61,335 nt of DNA. It comes from Actinomycetes bacterium. GTDB lineage: Bacteria > Actinomycetota > Acidimicrobiia > IMCC26256 > Chersky-534. The position numbers and the translations under genes were made by a program. The stretch lies in contig JAODBH010000083.1 of the NCBI GenBank assembly GCA_025463865.1, positions 1-61,335 of the forward strand. Direction: 5' to 3'. Position 1 is the first letter of the stretch. Each line of letters opens with the position of its first letter. Shown one piece after another: positions 25,928 through 35,084 of the stretch. The notes below the pieces were generated by a model, which saw only the letters and a list, made by a program, of their open reading frames with translations, did no database searches and was not told where the DNA came from.

Positions 25928-27343
25928 TCAGGCGTCGAGGGTCTCGCCCGCGGGCTCGAGACCGCGTGCTCGGGCCCATTCGTCGAGCAGGCGGAACGCG
26001 TCGGCCGGATCGATGGGGCCGACCTCCATTCGCTGGTCGAGCAACATCTGGAGCGCTTCGCCAACGACGCGCGATGGGCCGACGCCCAGGTACGCCATCA
26101 CCTGCCGGCCGTCGAGCGGAGGCTTGATGAGGTCGAGCTCCTCCTGCTCCCGCAACGCCGCGATGCGCTCCTCGAGCTCGTCCATACGACGGGCGAGGGC
26201 GCGGGCCCGCGCCTGGTTGCGAGTGGTGCAGTCGCAACGCTGCAGATGGTTGAGGTCGTCGAGCAGCGGCCCGGCGTCGCGCACGTAGCGCCGGACCGCC
26301 GCGTCGGTCCAGCCCATGGCGTAGGTGTGGATCCGCAAGTGGAGATACACCAGCTTGGTCACCGCCTCGACGAGCTCCGCCGGGTAGCGCAACGCGCGCA
26401 TGCGCTCCTCGGTCATGCGAGCACCCACGACCTCGTGATGGTGGAAGCTGACCCCGCCGTCGCCGATCGAGCGGGTCTTCGGCTTGCCGACGTCGTGGAA
26501 CAAGGCCGCGAGCCGCACGACGAGACGCGGCTCGGTGTTCCGCACGACGGCGATCGTGTGGGACAGGACGTCCTTGTGACGGTGGATCGGATCCTGTTCC
26601 AGCGACATGTTGTTGAGCTCGGGGAGGAACTCGTCGGACAGGCGCGTCTGGGCCAGGAAGTAGAGGCCCGCGGAAGGGTCCGGCAGGAGCAGGAGCTTCG
26701 ACAGCTCGTCCCGGATCCGTTCGGCGCTGACGATCTCGAGCCGGTGCCGGTGCTCCTCGACGGCCCGCAGGATGTCGGGGTCGGGAACGAGGTCGAGGCC
26801 ACAGATGAACCGCGCCGCGCGCATCATCCGCAACGGATCGTCGAGGAAGGACACGTCGGCGGCGAGCGGGGTCCGGAGCCTGCGCTCGACCAGGTCGCGC
26901 GCACCGTCGAACGGGTCGACCAGACGCGGATCGGGGAGCTCGAGGGCGATCGCGTTGATCGTGAAGTCGCGCCGCGAGAGGTCGGTCTCGATGTCGTCCG
27001 CGTACTCGACCTCGGGCTTGCGGCTCTCGGGCCGGTAGACCTCGGCGCGAAAGGTGGTGATCTCGAAGGTCACCCCGTCGCGTGAGCACCCGACCGTCCC
27101 GAACCGCTGGCCTTGCAGCCAGACGGCGTCGGCCCAGCCCCGTACCAGCTTCTCGACCGCGTCGGGCCGGGCGTCGGTCGCGAGGTCGAGGTCCTCGTAG
27201 TCCCGACCGAGCAGCGCATCGCGCACGGTGCCGCCCACGAGGTAGACCCGGTGGCCGGCGTCCGCGAAGCGCGCCGCGAGCTGCTGGACCGGCGAGTCCG
27301 GCGCGAGGAGCGGCTGCAGGCGCGGAGGGACGGGAGTCGACAT
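25928..27343 (-). CDS. cca: CCA-adding tRNA nucleotidyltransferase / poly(A) polymerase family with HD domain
   Basis: YLVGGTVRDALLGRDYEDLDLATDARP, RRDFTINA, and the HD region LFHDVGKP. ATG 27343. Confidence 0.85.
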   Translation of the reverse strand: MSTPVPPRLQPLLAPDSPVQQLAARFADAGHRVYLVGGTVRDALLGRDYEDLDLATDARPDAVEKLVRGWADAVWLQGQRFGTVGCSRDGVTFEITTFRAEVYRPESRKPEVEYADDIETDLSRRDFTINAIALELPDPRLVDPFDGARDLVERRLRTPLAADVSFLDDPLRMMRAARFICGLDLVPDPDILRAVEEHRHRLEIVSAERIRDELSKLLLLPDPSAGLYFLAQTRLSDEFLPELNNMSLEQDPIHRHKDVLSHTIAVVRNTEPRLVVRLAALFHDVGKPKTRSIGDGGVSFHHHEVVGARMTEERMRALRYPAELVEAVTKLVYLHLRIHTYAMGWTDAAVRRYVRDAGPLLDDLNHLQRCDCTTRNQARARALARRMDELEERIAALREQEELDLIKPPLDGRQVMAYLGVGPSRVVGEALQMLLDQRMEVGPIDPADAFRLLDEWARARGLEPAGETLDA

Positions 27344-27395
27344 CCGCCCATTGTCGCTCGCGCGCGGTGAAGGGCCCGCAAATTGCGCAAACGGG

Positions 27396-28523
27396 CTAGG
27401 CGCCGGTCTCCGCGGGCTGGGCGTCGATGGCGTCGAACTCCTCCTGGCGGCGGGCCAGCTCGTACTGCTCCAGCTGGAGCCGCAGGTCATGGGGACGGCT
27501 GGCGTTGGCCAGCACCTCCCGGCGACCGACCTTGCCGCTTCGGTACAGGGCCAGCAGGCTCTGGTCGAAGGTCTGCATCCCGTAGTACTCGCCGTCTGCG
27601 ATGACCTGCTCGAGGTCGTGGGTCTCGTCGGGATTCATGATCTTGTCGAAGACCCGGCCCGTGGCGACCAGGACTTCGATCGCGGCCACCCGCCCGGTCC
27701 CGTCGATCAGCTCGAGCAGCCGCTGGCTGACGATCCCCCGCAGCGCTCCGGCCAACGACATGCGGACCTGGCGCTGCTGGTGGGGAGGGAAGAAGTCGAT
27801 GACGCGATGGATCGTCTCGGTCGCGTTGATGGTGTGGAGCGTCGAGAGCACCAGGTGCCCGGTCTCCGCGGCCGACAGGGCCGCCCACACCGTCTCCGGG
27901 TCACGCATCTCGCCGACGAGGATCACGTCCGGGTCCTGGCGCAGGACCCGCTTCATGGCCGCGTGGAAGTCGTCGGTGTCGGTGCCGATCTCCCGCTGGT
28001 TCACGATCGACTTCTTGTCGGGGTGGAGGACCTCGATCGGGTCCTCGACCGTGACGATGTGGCGTGACTGCGTGGAGTTGATGTGATCGATCATCGAGGC
28101 GAGGGTCGTCGTCTTCCCCGACCCGGTGGGCCCGGTGACCAGCACCAGGCCCCGCGGCTCCTCGGCCAGGCGACGAACGACCGGCGGGAGCCCGAGCGAC
28201 TCGAAGGACGGGATGCCGGGCAGGACGCGGCGCAGCACCATCGCAACGGACCCGCGCTGGCGGAACACGTTGACCCGGAAGCGACCGAGCCCGGCGACCG
28301 CGTAGGCGAAGTCGGCCTCGTTGCTGGCCAGGAACTCCTCCGCTCGCTGCTTCGGCATGATTGCGAAGGCGATGCGCTCGGTGTCCTGCGCGCCGACGGT
28401 ATCGAAGCCGGTGGCCTCGAGCTTGCCGTCGATGCGGATGAACGGGCGCGCGCCGACCTTCAGGTGCAGGTCGGAACCGCTCCTTTGCACGACCTCGCGA
28501 AGTACCTCGTCCAGATCCAGCAC
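27396..28523 (-). CDS. pilT: PilT-type type IV pilus retraction ATPase homologue (orphan)
   Basis: SDLHLKVG, Walker A GPTGSGKTTTLASMI, Walker B DVILVGEMRD, and His box GHLVLSTLHT. GTG start preceded by GAGGAGGG. Confidence 0.88.
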   Translation of the reverse strand: MLDLDEVLREVVQRSGSDLHLKVGARPFIRIDGKLEATGFDTVGAQDTERIAFAIMPKQRAEEFLASNEADFAYAVAGLGRFRVNVFRQRGSVAMVLRRVLPGIPSFESLGLPPVVRRLAEEPRGLVLVTGPTGSGKTTTLASMIDHINSTQSRHIVTVEDPIEVLHPDKKSIVNQREIGTDTDDFHAAMKRVLRQDPDVILVGEMRDPETVWAALSAAETGHLVLSTLHTINATETIHRVIDFFPPHQQRQVRMSLAGALRGIVSQRLLELIDGTGRVAAIEVLVATGRVFDKIMNPDETHDLEQVIADGEYYGMQTFDQSLLALYRSGKVGRREVLANASRPHDLRLQLEQYELARRQEEFDAIDAQPAETGA

Positions 28524-28637
28524 GGCTGCCCTCCTCGGAAGGCAGTTATCGGCGGCGGGGCCGCGAAAGTTGATCCGGCGTGCGGTCCGAGGCTACGGAC
28601 GGGCGCGTTCCGGGCCTTTGACGGCGCATGGCGGTCC

Positions 28638-29651
28638 CTAGCCCGAATGGGCCCAGAGGTCCGCGGCCGCGGTGACGGAGGTCCGGCCAGGTCCGCCGCT
28701 GGTCGGGGGCTCCGCCTCGACCACAGGCTCGACGCCGATCAGCCGCGGCACAGCCGCGGCGACGGAGGCCTCGAGCGCGTCGAGGTCGTACCCGCCTTCC
28801 AGGAAGGCCAGGGTGCGGCCCGACCGGCCGGCGAGGTCGGTCGACCGGTCCATCAGTGCTGCGAAGTCACCGGCCGAGAGCCCGAGGCCGGTCAACGGAT
28901 CGGCCCGATGGGCGTCGAAGCCGGCGGACACCAGGATCCAGTCGGGCACGAAGCTCTCGACCAGGGGAGCGACGACCTCGTCGAAGGACCGGAGGTAGAC
29001 GTCGCCGGTCGCACCCGCGGGCAGCGGGATGTTGCAGGTGAAGCCGAGGCCCGGCCCGCGTCCCCGGTCGTCGAGGGCTCCGGTACCGGGATACAGCGGC
29101 CACTCGTGCCAGCTGACGTAGAGCACGTCGGACCGGTCGTAGAAGATCTCCTGGGTTCCGTTGCCGTGGTGCGCGTCCCAGTCGAGGATGCAGACCCGGT
29201 CGCCGAGGGCGGCCAGGTCGGCGGCGACCACGGCGATGTGGTTGAGGAGGCAGAAGCCCATCCCCTGCGCGGGGCGCGCGTGATGCCCGGGCGGCCGCAC
29301 CGCCAAGAACGCGGCGTCGCCGCGGCCCGAACGGAGCGCGTGGGCGGCGGCGAGACCGTCACCAGAGGCGCGAACCGCAGCGGCCCAGGAGGCCGACGAG
29401 ACCTGGGTGTCGGGGTCGAGCGCCCCTCCCCCGGCCTCCGAGAGCGTGATGAGCCGGTCGAGGTAGTCGGGGCGGTGGACCCGCTCGAGCTCGTCGCGGG
29501 TGGCGTCGCGCGACTCCAGGGTGACGAGAGCCTCGCCGAGCCCGCTCGCCGCGAGCCCGCGCTCCACCGCGGCGAGTCGGGCAGGCCGCTCCGGGTGACC
29601 GGGCCCGGGAGCGTGCTCGGCGAAGATCGGGTCGCCGGCGACGAGGATCAT
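28638..29651 (-). CDS. Histone-deacetylase-superfamily (AcuC/acetylpolyamine amidohydrolase-like) deacetylase
   Basis: RPPGHHA, GFCLLNHIA, ILDWDAHHGNGTQEIFY, and LEGGY near the C terminus. Confidence 0.85.
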   Translation of the reverse strand: MILVAGDPIFAEHAPGPGHPERPARLAAVERGLAASGLGEALVTLESRDATRDELERVHRPDYLDRLITLSEAGGGALDPDTQVSSASWAAAVRASGDGLAAAHALRSGRGDAAFLAVRPPGHHARPAQGMGFCLLNHIAVVAADLAALGDRVCILDWDAHHGNGTQEIFYDRSDVLYVSWHEWPLYPGTGALDDRGRGPGLGFTCNIPLPAGATGDVYLRSFDEVVAPLVESFVPDWILVSAGFDAHRADPLTGLGLSAGDFAALMDRSTDLAGRSGRTLAFLEGGYDLDALEASVAAAVPRLIGVEPVVEAEPPTSGGPGRTSVTAAADLWAHSG

Positions 29652-29753
29652 CTCCGGAGGGTACCGGTCCGGATCGGAAACCCGACGCCCGGGTTGGCGG
29701 GCCGGTCAACGGTACGATCGGCGGACGATGCTCGCCTCGACGGTTCCGGCGCG

Positions 29754-30449
29754 ATGACCGCGCGAACGCTCCGCTGGCAGGGCGGTTGGGCCCGGCTCAG
29801 TGCCTGGCGCGGCCTTGAGCACGTCGCGTACCTCGCGGTGGGTGCCGACGCGCCTCCGCCGCGTGAGGTCGTCGGTCAGTGCCTCGAGCGCATGCGCGAG
29901 GACGGCTTCGAGGACGTCGTGACCAGCGCGATGAGCCCCGCCGACTCGCTCGCGTTCGTCGACGCCGGTTTCGCGGTCCGTGAGCGGCTCTATCTCTTGC
30001 GCCACGACATGGAGAACATCCTTCCGATGTCCCCGCGCCCGCTGACCCGCGGCCGGCGCGTCGATCACGCCGCGGTGCTGGAGCTCGACGAGCTCGCCTT
30101 CGACGGGTTCTGGCACTTCGACGCCACCACGCTCGAGGACGCGCTCCGGGCGACGCCCTCCACCCGCTTCCGACTCGGCGGCGACGACCATGGACTCCGC
30201 ACGTACGCGATCTCCGGTCGCGCGGGGCGCCAGGGCTACCTGCAACGGCTCGCGGTCCATCCGGACGCGCGCCGGGAGGGATGGGGACGCGTGATGGTCG
30301 CCGACGCGCTCTGGTGGCTCCGCAGGCGGGGCGTCGACCGGACCCTCGTCAACACCCAGCTCCACAACGAGGGCGCACTGCGGCTCTACGAGGAGTGCGG
30401 GTTCCGTCGCCTTCCCTTCGGCCTGAACGTCCTCGGCCGCGCCCTGTGA
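29754..30449 (+). CDS. GNAT family N-acetyltransferase
   Basis: The C-terminal half carries the acetyl-CoA motif YLQRLAVHPDARREGWGRVMV....WL...G.....LNT...N..A..LYE..GF. ATG 29754 within the long listed ORF 28083..30449. Confidence 0.7.
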   Translation: MTARTLRWQGGWARLSAWRGLEHVAYLAVGADAPPPREVVGQCLERMREDGFEDVVTSAMSPADSLAFVDAGFAVRERLYLLRHDMENILPMSPRPLTRGRRVDHAAVLELDELAFDGFWHFDATTLEDALRATPSTRFRLGGDDHGLRTYAISGRAGRQGYLQRLAVHPDARREGWGRVMVADALWWLRRRGVDRTLVNTQLHNEGALRLYEECGFRRLPFGLNVLGRAL

Positions 30450-32545
30450 TCGCGCGCTTCGCCGCGCGCGTGCTCTCCGCCGGCCTGCTCGTCGCCGCCC
30501 TGGCGATGCCGGCGGTGCCCGCACACGCCCAGACCGCGCCGGCGACCACGACGACCACCGCCGCGACCGGGACGACCAACGCAGACAGCCAGCCGCACAT
30601 CCAGCTCGACAGCATCTCGGCCTACGGGGTCCTCGGCGGCAACGTCTCCATGGCACTCCGGCTCACCGGGCCCCTCACGGGCCTCGCGCTGCGGGTCACC
30701 GCGTTCTCCGCGGTCACGTCCCGCACCGCGTACGAGCGCACGATCGACGGGAAGAGCCTTGGAAGCGTGGTCGGCACCGAGACCTACGACATCGCCGGGC
30801 TTCCGACCGACACGACCGACAGTGGGCGGCGTGAGCTCATCGTCGGCATCCAGGACCCGGCCGCGGCGAGGGATGCGACCCGGTTCTCGCTCCGCAAGGT
30901 CGGGGTCTTCCCGCTCAAAGTCGATCTCGTACCCACCACCTCAGGGCCCACGCTCGACGGCTTCGTCACCCACCTGGTCGTGACCACGGGCTCGGCCGGT
31001 ACGCCCACGTCGATCGGCGAAAAGCTCCAGGTGGCCTGGGTCTGGCCGGTCGTCGCACCGTCTGCCCGTCAGCCCGACGGCTCCCCCGATCCATCCGTCG
31101 TCGCGCAGTTCCGGGCCGACGGCCGCCTCGGCCGGATCGCCGCCGAGATCCCGCAGGCATCCGCGTTGCCGTTGACGCTCCGGATCAATCCGGAGACGGC
31201 TCAGTCCTGGAGCCAGCTCTCGCAGAGCGCACCGAACGACCCGACGTTGGTGGCGGGCATCCAGAACCTCGTGGCCCAAGCGCCGACCCACGAGGTGCTC
31301 AGCGAGCCCTACGTGCCGCTCGACATCCCGGCGCTGCAGGCGGCCGGACTCGCTGCTGACGTCACCAACCAGTTGACCCAGGGCGCCAGGGTTCTCGAGA
31401 ACGTCCTGAAGAGCACCCCTGCGGCCACGACGGTCACCGCGCCCCTCGACGACGCGGCCCTCGGCACGCTCCACAGCGCCGGCATCGACCACCTGGTGCT
31501 CGACGGCGTCCCGCTCGAACAGGGCGTCGCGCCGCAATTCACCCCGGCGCAGCCGTTCCAGCTCCAATCCGCCGGCCGGACGGCCGTGAACAGCGACCGC
31601 GGGCTCGTCGACCTCCTCAACGGCACGGGAACGCCCGCCCTCCGGGCACAACGACTGCTGGCCGGTCTCGCGGTCGTCGCGCTCGAGCAGCCCAACGCGC
31701 GCCGGGGCGTCGCCCTGGTCATGGCCGACGACTGGAACCCGTCCACCGACATGCTCAACGCGATGATCGGCGGCCTCGAGGGCAACCCGTTCATGCAAGC
31801 GGCCACGGTCGACGAGGTGATGAACCGGGTACCCACGGAGACCCGCGCCGGCGTACCGGTCGTGCGTCGGCTTTCCCCGGTCAAGGCGGGGCGCGCTCCC
31901 GTCACCGCCGCGGCGCTGGCCGCCGCTCGCTCCAAGCTGGCCGCGTTCCAGACCCTCGTCGGTGCGGGTGCCGCCGCGGTGCAAGCGGCTCAGCACGCGC
32001 AGCTCGTGGCGCTCTCCTCGCAGTGGAAGGGAGCCGCGGGTCGTGGTGAAGCGCTCGCACAACTCGACTCCGTCGATCAGGCCGTCAACGGCTTTGCCAA
32101 CGAGATTCAGATCACCACGAACCGCACGTTCACGCTGACCGCGCGCCGAGGGACGATTCCGCTCTCGTTCAAGAACCTCTCGAGCCAACCGATCTCCGTC
32201 CGGGTGCAGTTGCAGAGCGATCGGCTGCACTTCCCCGGCGGCGCCGACCAACAGCTCCTGCTGCTCCCGGGCACGACCACGGTCGGGAAGTTCGCGATCG
32301 AGACCCGGACGGGTGGTCCTGGAACCGTGCCGCTGAAGGTGAACGTCACCTCGGCCGACGGCTCGCTCGCGCTCCAGAGCTCCACGCTCAACGTCCATTC
32401 CACCGTCGTCAACGGCGTGGGCGTCTTCCTCACCGTCGCCGCGATCGTGTTCCTCGCACTCTGGTGGCTCGTCCACTTCCGGCGCCGCCGCCGCACCCGC
32501 TCGCCCCGTCCCGTGCTGCCGACGCCGGTGCATCAGCCCGCGTGA
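30446..32545 (+). CDS. Large exported protein with C-terminal membrane anchor (DUF6049 / Rv3909-like by position)
   Basis: GTG 30446 overlaps the GNAT stop (GTGA). Signal peptide ...LLVAALAMPAVPAHA-Q, a roughly 640-aa ectodomain, a C-terminal TM (GVGVFLTVAAIVFLALWWLV) and an RRRRR tail. It occupies the slot immediately upstream of murJ. Confidence 0.55.
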   Translation: MIARFAARVLSAGLLVAALAMPAVPAHAQTAPATTTTTAATGTTNADSQPHIQLDSISAYGVLGGNVSMALRLTGPLTGLALRVTAFSAVTSRTAYERTIDGKSLGSVVGTETYDIAGLPTDTTDSGRRELIVGIQDPAAARDATRFSLRKVGVFPLKVDLVPTTSGPTLDGFVTHLVVTTGSAGTPTSIGEKLQVAWVWPVVAPSARQPDGSPDPSVVAQFRADGRLGRIAAEIPQASALPLTLRINPETAQSWSQLSQSAPNDPTLVAGIQNLVAQAPTHEVLSEPYVPLDIPALQAAGLAADVTNQLTQGARVLENVLKSTPAATTVTAPLDDAALGTLHSAGIDHLVLDGVPLEQGVAPQFTPAQPFQLQSAGRTAVNSDRGLVDLLNGTGTPALRAQRLLAGLAVVALEQPNARRGVALVMADDWNPSTDMLNAMIGGLEGNPFMQAATVDEVMNRVPTETRAGVPVVRRLSPVKAGRAPVTAAALAAARSKLAAFQTLVGAGAAAVQAAQHAQLVALSSQWKGAAGRGEALAQLDSVDQAVNGFANEIQITTNRTFTLTARRGTIPLSFKNLSSQPISVRVQLQSDRLHFPGGADQQLLLLPGTTTVGKFAIETRTGGPGTVPLKVNVTSADGSLALQSSTLNVHSTVVNGVGVFLTVAAIVFLALWWLVHFRRRRRTRSPRPVLPTPVHQPA

Positions 32546-34155
32546 GCGACGTCGAGACCACGGGCGGGCGCTCACGCCTGCTCCGCTCGAGCGCGGTCGT
32601 CGGACTCGGCACCGCGATCTCCCGCCTCACCGGGTTCGGCCGGGTCGCCGCGCTCGCCTACGCGCTGGGGTTCACGCGCGTCACGGACACCTACAACCTG
32701 GCCAACGAGACGCCGAACATGGTCTACGAGCTCCTGCTCGGCGGCGTCCTCACGGCGACGTTCCTTCCGCTGTTCGTGCAGTACTTCGAGCGCGACGACG
32801 ACGACTCGACCTCGGCCGTGCTCACGGTCTCGGTCGTGTTCCTCGTGCTGCTGACCATCGCGGGCATCGTCGCGGCTCCCTGGATCGTGCGGCTGTACAC
32901 GATCCAGGTGCACGGCGCGACCCGGGTCGCTCAGCGGCACGTCGCCACCAACCTCCTGCGCTGGTTCATGCCGCAGATGTTCTTCTACGGCATCACCGCA
33001 CTCGCGACGTCCCTCCTCAACGCTCGACGCCGCTTCGCCGCGCCTGCGTTCGCTCCCATCCTCAACAACGTCGTCGTGATCGCCATCTTCCTGTCGATCC
33101 CGCACATCGTCTCCGGGCCCCTCACGCTCACCCGCCTCGAGCACGACTATTCGCTCATCGTCCTGCTCGGCCTGGGGACGACCGCAGGGATCGCCGCCAT
33201 GGCGCTCGTGCTCCTCCCGCCGCTCTGGCGCGCCGGCGTCCGCCTCCATTGGAAGCTCCAGCTCCGGCACCCCGCAGTGCGCCGCGTGATCTCACTGTCG
33301 GGATGGACGTTCGGCTACGTCGCCACCAACCAGGTCGCGCTGTGGGTCGTCCTGGTCCTGGCGAACGGGCGCGTGGGCGGGGTCTCCGCGTATCTCGGTG
33401 CCTACGTGTTCTTCCAACTCCCACACGGCCTGCTGGCGGTGTCCATCATCACGACCGTCGCGCCGGAGCTCGCCTCCGCGGTGACCCGCAACGACTTCGC
33501 CGAGTTGCGGGAGCGGTTCGCCGTCGGCCTACGGCTCACGATCGCGGTCGTGCTCCCCGCCGCCATCGGGTTCATCGCGCTGTCCAGACCACTCGTCGCC
33601 GGCCTCTTGCAGCGGGGCGCGTTCTCGAGCGCTTCGGCCGCGTCGACCTCACGGGCGTTGGCCGGGTTCGCGGTGGGTCTGGTCGCGTTCTCGGTCTACC
33701 TGTTCACGCTGCGGCTGTTCTATTCGATGCAGGACACCCGGACGCCGTTCCTCATCAACCTGTTCGAGAACGCGGCGAACATCGTTCTCGCGCTCGCGCT
33801 CTTCCCGGCGTTCGGCGTGACCGGCCTCGCGCTCGCGTTCTCCGGCGCCTACATCCTGGCGGCGGTGCTGGCCCTGTTCGTCGCCCGGCGGCGCCTCGGC
33901 TCCCTCGATCTGGCGGCTCTCGGCATCGGCCTGCCGCGGATCTTCCTGGCTTCCGCGGTCAGCGGGTTCATCGCCTGGGTCGTCGCCGAGGCCATCGGCT
34001 GGTCGGACGGCCTGCGCGCCCTCGAGGGCCTCTTCGCCGGCGGTACCACGTTCGTCGTCGTCATGGTCGTCACGTGCGTCGTCCTCCGGGTTCCCGAGGT
34101 CGCGATCCTCAAGGACGCCCTGCTCCGCCGTTCACCCACAGCACGCGGCGTGTAA
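32542..34155 (+). CDS. murJ: Lipid II flippase MurJ (MviN), without a C-terminal kinase-like extension
   Basis: GTG 32542 overlaps the upstream stop (GTGA). LRSSAVVGLGTAISRLTGFGR......A..G....TD.YN.AN..PN..YELLLGGVL is the MurJ N-terminal signature, followed by multiple TMs. 537 aa. Confidence 0.88.
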   Translation: MSDVETTGGRSRLLRSSAVVGLGTAISRLTGFGRVAALAYALGFTRVTDTYNLANETPNMVYELLLGGVLTATFLPLFVQYFERDDDDSTSAVLTVSVVFLVLLTIAGIVAAPWIVRLYTIQVHGATRVAQRHVATNLLRWFMPQMFFYGITALATSLLNARRRFAAPAFAPILNNVVVIAIFLSIPHIVSGPLTLTRLEHDYSLIVLLGLGTTAGIAAMALVLLPPLWRAGVRLHWKLQLRHPAVRRVISLSGWTFGYVATNQVALWVVLVLANGRVGGVSAYLGAYVFFQLPHGLLAVSIITTVAPELASAVTRNDFAELRERFAVGLRLTIAVVLPAAIGFIALSRPLVAGLLQRGAFSSASAASTSRALAGFAVGLVAFSVYLFTLRLFYSMQDTRTPFLINLFENAANIVLALALFPAFGVTGLALAFSGAYILAAVLALFVARRRLGSLDLAALGIGLPRIFLASAVSGFIAWVVAEAIGWSDGLRALEGLFAGGTTFVVVMVVTCVVLRVPEVAILKDALLRRSPTARGV

Positions 34156-34225
34156 CGATGGACCTCGCGGTGGGGTCCGACGCATGCCGCAGCGCGCGGT
34201 CGTCGAACCGATCAGGAGGGGGAAC

Positions 34226-35065
34226 ATGAGCATCCGGGTCGTCACCGACAGCGCCTGTGACCTGAGCGACGAGCTCATCGCCGAGCTCGGCATCGAGGTC
34301 GTTCCCCTCACGATCCGATTCGGCTCCGAGGAGTTCATCGACCGGACGGAGCTGAGCAACGCCGACTTCTGGGTGCGCATGGCCGCGTCGCCCGTCCTCC
34401 CGGAGACCGCGGCGCCCTCCGCCGGGGCATTCGAGGCTGCGTTCCAGTCCCTCGCCGAGGCGGGTGCGACCGGGATCGTCTGCATCAACCTCTCGTCCAA
34501 GCTGTCGTCCACCATGCAGTCGGCCCAGATCGCCGCGAAGGCGTTCTCCGCCGACTGTCCGGTCGAGGTCATCGACTCCCTGTCCGTCTCGATGGGGCTC
34601 GGACGCCTCTGCATGACCGCTTCGAAGCTCGCCGGCGAGGGCGCGGCGCTCGAAGCGATCACGGCCGAGGTCATCGACCAGCGCAACCGGACCAAGCTGT
34701 TCGGCGTGCTGGACACGCTCGACAACCTGCGCAAGGGCGGCCGCATCGGCAACGCCCGGGCGCTCCTCGGATCCGTCCTCTCCATCAAGCCCATCGTCGA
34801 GGTGCGCGACGGCGCGGTCGAGGAGGCGGGCAAGGTACGCACACGTTCCAAGGCGATGCGAGCGCTCGTCGACAAGGTCAAGGCCGGGCCGGTCGAGAAC
34901 CTGTCGGTGCTGCAGGGCGACGCTCCGGACGTCGACGAGCTGCTCGACCTGCTGGACCCGATCGTCCCGCGTTCCGAGATCGTCGTCGGCCAGATCGGCC
35001 CGGTCATCGGCACCCACGGCGGCCCGCGCGTACTGGGCGTCACCTTCCAGCAACCGCACGTCTAG
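34226..35065 (+). CDS. DegV family fatty-acid-binding protein
   Basis: ATG preceded by AGGAGGGGG. IRVVTDSACDLSDELIAELGIEVVPLTIRFG and GTHGGP near the C terminus. Confidence 0.85.
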   Translation: MSIRVVTDSACDLSDELIAELGIEVVPLTIRFGSEEFIDRTELSNADFWVRMAASPVLPETAAPSAGAFEAAFQSLAEAGATGIVCINLSSKLSSTMQSAQIAAKAFSADCPVEVIDSLSVSMGLGRLCMTASKLAGEGAALEAITAEVIDQRNRTKLFGVLDTLDNLRKGGRIGNARALLGSVLSIKPIVEVRDGAVEEAGKVRTRSKAMRALVDKVKAGPVENLSVLQGDAPDVDELLDLLDPIVPRSEIVVGQIGPVIGTHGGPRVLGVTFQQPHV

Positions 35066-35084
35066 CGGGGGTCGGCCGGACGCA

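Noticed and set aside
28083-29753. The 5' two-thirds of listed ORF 28083..30449, which would make a 788-aa protein.
   Set aside because: This part runs antisense to pilT and the deacetylase gene and translates to low-complexity sequence. Only the segment from ATG 29754 has GNAT motifs.
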